This document shows positions 26,546 through 30,377 of a stretch of 30,377 bases of DNA, one piece after another. Under the pieces are notes generated by a model that saw nothing but the letters and a program-made list of their open reading frames with translations, ran no database searches and was not told the DNA's origin. The DNA is taken from the NCBI GenBank assembly GCA_945874195.1, contig CAMCFW010000001.1, forward strand, positions 1 through 30,377, written 5' to 3'. This DNA comes from Chryseobacterium gleum. GTDB lineage: Bacteria; Bacteroidota; Bacteroidia; UBA10329. The translations under genes and the position numbers were made by a program. The stretch's first letter is position 1; each line of letters opens with the position of its first letter.

Positions 26546-28642
26546 TTACTTTCCCGAGATCACATGCAGCACACCCGATTCTTTCACTTCAATGCCAATG
26601 GGCGGCTGAACCCACACACGGTAAACGTAGGTTCCGGAAGGAACCAGTTTCCCCTTGTATGTGCCGTCCCAAGCAGAATCGTCTCTGAATCGTCCATGTC
26701 GGAGTTTATTTCCCCAACTATCAAATATCTCAAGATCGTAATAAAGGTAACCCTCTCCTTCAATTCCGAACACTTCGTTCAGCTCATCGCCATTGGGCGT
26801 GAAGGTGTTCGGTATGTAAACGTGCAGAGGCGGATAGGCCGTAACGGTATCCTGATAGGTGCCTTCGCAGCCGTTGCTGTTGGTTACCGTGAGGGTCACA
26901 ACATAGGTTCCTTCCATCTGATATTCGTACAAGGGGTCATCCTCGGTGCTTGTTCCTCCATCTCCAAAATCCCAACTGGAAGTGGAAATATCTTCAGAAC
27001 CATTGTTGAACTGAATGGTACTATGCGCAGCCAAACGATGTGCAAAGGCAACCACTGCCTCGTCAACCACCACTTCGGCCGTGGCCTGCTGACTGAGGTC
27101 GCAATCGTCTGTCACCTGCAGCGTTACCTGTGTGGTGCCGGTAGGTGTAAACGTGTATTCGGGCGCGGTTCCGCTTCCGTTCCAGAGATAATCGATGATG
27201 CCAAGACCGCCTGAAACCACTGCACTCAGTGTGGCATCCTCGCCATTGCACACCACCACACCTTCAACCGAAACTTCCAATGGCTGATAATTAGGAATGG
27301 AGACCGTGCTGGAAGCTGTGGCCGTGAATCCGCAGGCGTCTGTCACCACCACGCTGTAATTGGTGGAAGTGAAGGGGAATACCGTTATCGACTCGTCCGT
27401 GTCGGGTGCCCCATTCCAAGCATACGTGAAAGCGGGATAACCGCCCGATGGCACCACAGTGATGGTCACCTCTTCAGGACAGGTGAAGGTGACACTTGGC
27501 GTGATGGCCAGAGTCATCGGCACGGCATCCTGAATACTGAAACTGACCGAGGTGGCAGGGCCCGTGGCGCATGGATTCAACTGATCCAGCGTGATGGTCA
27601 TGTTCTCTGTTCCTTCAGCCAAGCCATCTTCCAGCACATCAAACGTGATGGTTGTGGTGGCCTGACCCGGGGCGAAGGAGATGGTGCTGGGAATGTTGGT
27701 AATGTCGTTGCCCACCGTGGCCGTTCCTGTGAAGTTGAGACCAATGGAAAGCGCATCGTCCAAGGGCTCCGATCGTTCGAAGGTCAATGTCATGGAGCTA
27801 CAACCTTCTACCAAAGCCTGAGCTGTTGGAGATGTGGAATACGTTGATTCGGCATTGAGGCTGATGACCGGGCTTGTGAAACTTCCTGCTTCCAGAAAAA
27901 CAGCACTGTCAAAGGTGCCATCGCCTCCATCGGCAATGGCCAAACGGATGTGATAGGTTTCGCAGGGCGTAAGAACCGCTGTGGCGGTAAATGGCTGAGT
28001 GAACCCGTTATATTCTACGGTTGAACCCGGAGGATTCTCGTTGTCGATATAATACTGGGGATTGGTGTTGGCATTCACGTTATCGATGGCCACTGGCGTT
28101 GCCGTTCCGGGAATAAGCGCAACATTCTGCTGCCCCGTGATGCCAGGTCCGGTAATGAGGAAGGCGAACACATCATTCACCCCAGTGCCCACATAGAACA
28201 TGTACTCGTCTGAGGCGAACACGTAACGGAACTGAACGGTGTCTGACGATGGCACGAAATCGAATTCGAGGATGGCGGCATCATACGTACCGGCCGGTGA
28301 GCCTGAAATGGCGGTCAGCGTGGGATCACCCGGTCCGTTGAATTCCGTGCCATTGTCGCTTACCGGAGTTCCGTTCGGGCCAGGCGCATCCAGGATTCTT
28401 CCGGTCGAGATGATGATACCGCTACCAAGACCGATGTTAGAATTGCTGCCATCGAAAAATCCGCGAGCGGCCTGATTGCCTGAATACTGAAAGTTGCTGA
28501 CCACCACACCCTGGCCGACCAACACATCTTCAATAAGTTGTTGAGGCGTGTAATTGCCATCGACAACGAGTTGAGCCTTGGCTCCCGAATACGAGAATTG
28601 CAGCGCTGCAAGAAGAATGGAAACCCTGAATGCTGTCATCAT
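26546..28642 (-). CDS. T9SS type-B CTD protein with choice-of-anchor L-like domain, Calx-beta/Ig-like and PKD repeats
   Basis: Signal peptide from ATG 28642/28639 (MMTAFRVSILLAALQFSYSGAKAQ; the ORF track starts at 28732). LEFDFVPSSDTVQFRYVFASDEY, WDFGDG PKD core, C-terminal YIPNTFTPNGDELNE...IFDSWG...GTYVY. Confidence 0.9.
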   Translation of the reverse strand: MMTAFRVSILLAALQFSYSGAKAQLVVDGNYTPQQLIEDVLVGQGVVVSNFQYSGNQAARGFFDGSNSNIGLGSGIIISTGRILDAPGPNGTPVSDNGTEFNGPGDPTLTAISGSPAGTYDAAILEFDFVPSSDTVQFRYVFASDEYMFYVGTGVNDVFAFLITGPGITGQQNVALIPGTATPVAIDNVNANTNPQYYIDNENPPGSTVEYNGFTQPFTATAVLTPCETYHIRLAIADGGDGTFDSAVFLEAGSFTSPVISLNAESTYSTSPTAQALVEGCSSMTLTFERSEPLDDALSIGLNFTGTATVGNDITNIPSTISFAPGQATTTITFDVLEDGLAEGTENMTITLDQLNPCATGPATSVSFSIQDAVPMTLAITPSVTFTCPEEVTITVVPSGGYPAFTYAWNGAPDTDESITVFPFTSTNYSVVVTDACGFTATASSTVSIPNYQPLEVSVEGVVVCNGEDATLSAVVSGGLGIIDYLWNGSGTAPEYTFTPTGTTQVTLQVTDDCDLSQQATAEVVVDEAVVAFAHRLAAHSTIQFNNGSEDISTSSWDFGDGGTSTEDDPLYEYQMEGTYVVTLTVTNSNGCEGTYQDTVTAYPPLHVYIPNTFTPNGDELNEVFGIEGEGYLYYDLEIFDSWGNKLRHGRFRDDSAWDGTYKGKLVPSGTYVYRVWVQPPIGIEVKESGVLHVISGK

Positions 28643-28653
28643 ACCTGGGCCTG

Positions 28654-28661
28654 CAAAATTA
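28654..28661 (-). promoter_or_regulatory. Bacteroidota sigma70 -7 element for the T9SS cargo cluster
   Basis: Minus-strand TAATTTTG, an exact TAnnTTTG match, 11 nt upstream of ATG 28642; supports the shorter start. Confidence 0.6.
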
Positions 28662-28743
28662 GCCAAGCTCCGTGCTCCTTCATGCGTTCTGAACTCCTGC
28701 TTTAACCGAATGTTGTCTGCAATGTTTCGCATTCATTAAAAAC

Positions 28744-28751
28744 TAAATTTG
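28744..28751 (+). promoter_or_regulatory. Bacteroidota sigma70 -7 element for the dipeptidase
   Basis: TAAATTTG, an exact TAnnTTTG match, 22 nt upstream of ATG 28774. Confidence 0.6.
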
Positions 28752-28773
28752 GGCGCAACAAAAACGCCACAAC

Positions 28774-30144
28774 ATGAACATCAGTACGGTTGACAAGTAC
28801 ATTGAATCGAACAAGGACCGGTTTCTCAACGAACTCATCGACCTGCTGAAAGTTCCGTCCGTGAGTGCCGATCCAGCGTTCAGCAAAGACGTTCACCGTG
28901 CTGCCGAGTTGCTATCTAGCCGATTGAGGGAGATCGGTATCGATAAAGTGGAGATCTGTCCGACCAAAGGTTACCCCATCGTGTATGGCGAAAAGATGGT
29001 CGATCCGAACTTGCCGACCGTGCTTGTTTACGGCCACTATGATGTGCAACCGCCCGACCCGATCGACCTCTGGGATTCGCCTCCCTTCGAACCCGTGATC
29101 AAGGACGGGAAGATCTACGCCCGTGGCGCGTGTGACGACAAGGGCCAGATGTACATGCACGTGAAGGCCGTGGAACTGATGATGCGAACAGACGGTCTGC
29201 CGTGCAACGTCAAGTTCATGATCGAAGGCGAGGAAGAGGTCGGTTCGGACAATCTGGGCGATTTTGTGAAGGCGAACAAACAGCGGCTGAAGTCCGACCT
29301 CGTGCTCATTTCCGACACTGGCATGATAGCCAACGATGTTCCGTCCATCACGGTCGGGTTGCGTGGCCTCAGCTATATTGAGGTGGAGGTGACAGGCCCC
29401 AAGCGCGACCTGCACTCGGGCATCTACGGTGGTGCCATCGGTAATCCGATCAACATTCTTTGCGACATGATCGCTTCGTTGCACGATGAGAACAAGAAGA
29501 TCACCATTCCGGGGTTCTACGATGATGTGATAGAAGTGAGCGCAGCCGACCGTGCCGAAATGGCCAAAGCGCCTTTCAGCGAAACGGACTATCGGGCCGA
29601 CCTGAACATTGACGCCACCCAAGGCGAAGCAGGCTATTCGAGTTTAGAACGCTGCACCATCCGCCCAACGCTGGATGTGAACGGTATTTGGGGCGGCTAC
29701 ATTGGGCAGGGGGCCAAAACGGTGCTCCCGTCAAAGGCCTTTGCCAAGATCTCGTGCCGATTGGTTCCCGGACAAGACCCCGACAAGATAACCGAGCTTG
29801 TGCTGAAACATCTGGTGGCCATTGCGCCTCCTTCGGTTAAGGTGGTTGCGAAGCCGCACCATGGCGGACAACCTTACCTCACTCCTACCAATTTCAAAGG
29901 CTATCAGGCCGCCCACAAGGCCATGGAAACCACCTTCGGCAAGGCGCCCATCCCCATGCGCGGGGGCGGCAGCATTCCCATTGTGGCCATGTTCGAACAG
30001 GAACTGGGGCTTAAATCGGTGCTCATGGGCTTCGGACTCGATTCAGACGCCATCCACTCGCCCAACGAGCACTACGGCATCTTCAACTACCTCAAGGGCA
30101 TTCAGACCATTCCGTTCTTCTATCAGTATCTGGCGGAGGGGTGA
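28774..30144 (+). CDS. M20 family metallo-dipeptidase (CNDP2/Dug1-like)
   Basis: YGHYDVQP, ARGACDDKGQ, EGEEEVGS, ISDTGM, DLHSG, RGGGSIP, IHSPNEHY: the metal ligands and motifs of peptidase M20. Confidence 0.93.
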   Translation: MNISTVDKYIESNKDRFLNELIDLLKVPSVSADPAFSKDVHRAAELLSSRLREIGIDKVEICPTKGYPIVYGEKMVDPNLPTVLVYGHYDVQPPDPIDLWDSPPFEPVIKDGKIYARGACDDKGQMYMHVKAVELMMRTDGLPCNVKFMIEGEEEVGSDNLGDFVKANKQRLKSDLVLISDTGMIANDVPSITVGLRGLSYIEVEVTGPKRDLHSGIYGGAIGNPINILCDMIASLHDENKKITIPGFYDDVIEVSAADRAEMAKAPFSETDYRADLNIDATQGEAGYSSLERCTIRPTLDVNGIWGGYIGQGAKTVLPSKAFAKISCRLVPGQDPDKITELVLKHLVAIAPPSVKVVAKPHHGGQPYLTPTNFKGYQAAHKAMETTFGKAPIPMRGGGSIPIVAMFEQELGLKSVLMGFGLDSDAIHSPNEHYGIFNYLKGIQTIPFFYQYLAEG

Positions 30145-30253
30145 TCTTAAAGTCCTGACAGCGGCACGCGTTGCAAAAGCGCTCCAGCGGGACAAAACAC
30201 GATCAGTTTATGCCACGGGCGCACAGATCCAACTGATCCTTGGCGCTAATGAA

Positions 30254-30376
30254 TCAACAATTCACCTGATACGCTCTACTTCTGCCACCTCCGAAAGCAG
30301 AAAGAATTCCTTTGTCCAATAGGTCTTGCAGGTCGCGGGTGGCCGTGGCTTTCGAAGCGCCTGTGAGCGATATGTA
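30254..30376 (-). CDS. Fic-family protein, C-terminal winged-helix end (5' part outside window; not in ORF track)
   Basis: Manual translation of the minus strand gives YISLTGASKATATRDLQDLLDKGILSAFGGGRSRAYQVNC*. The SKATATRDL..L..KG.L...GGGRS.Y pattern is characteristic of the C-terminus of DUF4172-type Fic proteins. The catalytic Fic motif is not in the window. Confidence 0.7.
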   Translation of the reverse strand, partial: YISLTGASKATATRDLQDLLDKGILSAFGGGRSRAYQVNC

Positions 30377-30377
30377 C

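Noticed and set aside
26537-27214. 225-aa antisense ORF over the 728-aa T9SS gene
   Set aside because: Shadow ORF; no family features.
28912-29622. 236-aa antisense ORF over the dipeptidase
   Set aside because: Typical antisense open frame of a gene with strong codon bias.
29822-30322. 166-aa plus-strand ORF spanning the dipeptidase end and the Fic gene end
   Set aside because: Out-of-frame overlap with two better-supported genes; low-complexity Ser/Arg/Thr content.

Overview
Core-chromosome window from a Bacteroidota genome, most likely a Flavobacteriales (Cryomorphaceae/Crocinitomicaceae-like) organism; this rests on gene order, TAnnTTTG promoters and T9SS cargo genes. From left to right: a cell-envelope operon (coaX 3' end, beta-barrel OMP, TPR protein, lptC, small membrane protein, HlyC/CorC), then a PhoB/PhoR-like two-component pair, a GT28-like glycosyltransferase divergent from a CocE/NonD hydrolase, and groES-groEL. 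Next come a miaB / sigma54 activator / lptE / TPR / secG operon, a GT2 plus two GT-C-like membrane protein module, three tandem T9SS type-B-CTD surface proteins, an M20 dipeptidase and the 3' end of a Fic-family gene missed by the ORF track. No rRNA, tRNA, CRISPR array or transposase was seen. The best leads are: (i) a possible sigma54 circuit for groESL, with a -24/-12-like element, shared TGNCA motifs and a sensor-less activator encoded nearby; (ii) a lipid-linked glycosylation module abutting three orphan type-B T9SS cargo genes with mosaic architecture; (iii) an 11-bp-periodic Pho-box-like repeat upstream of the two-component system. All family assignments come from motif recognition, not database searches.
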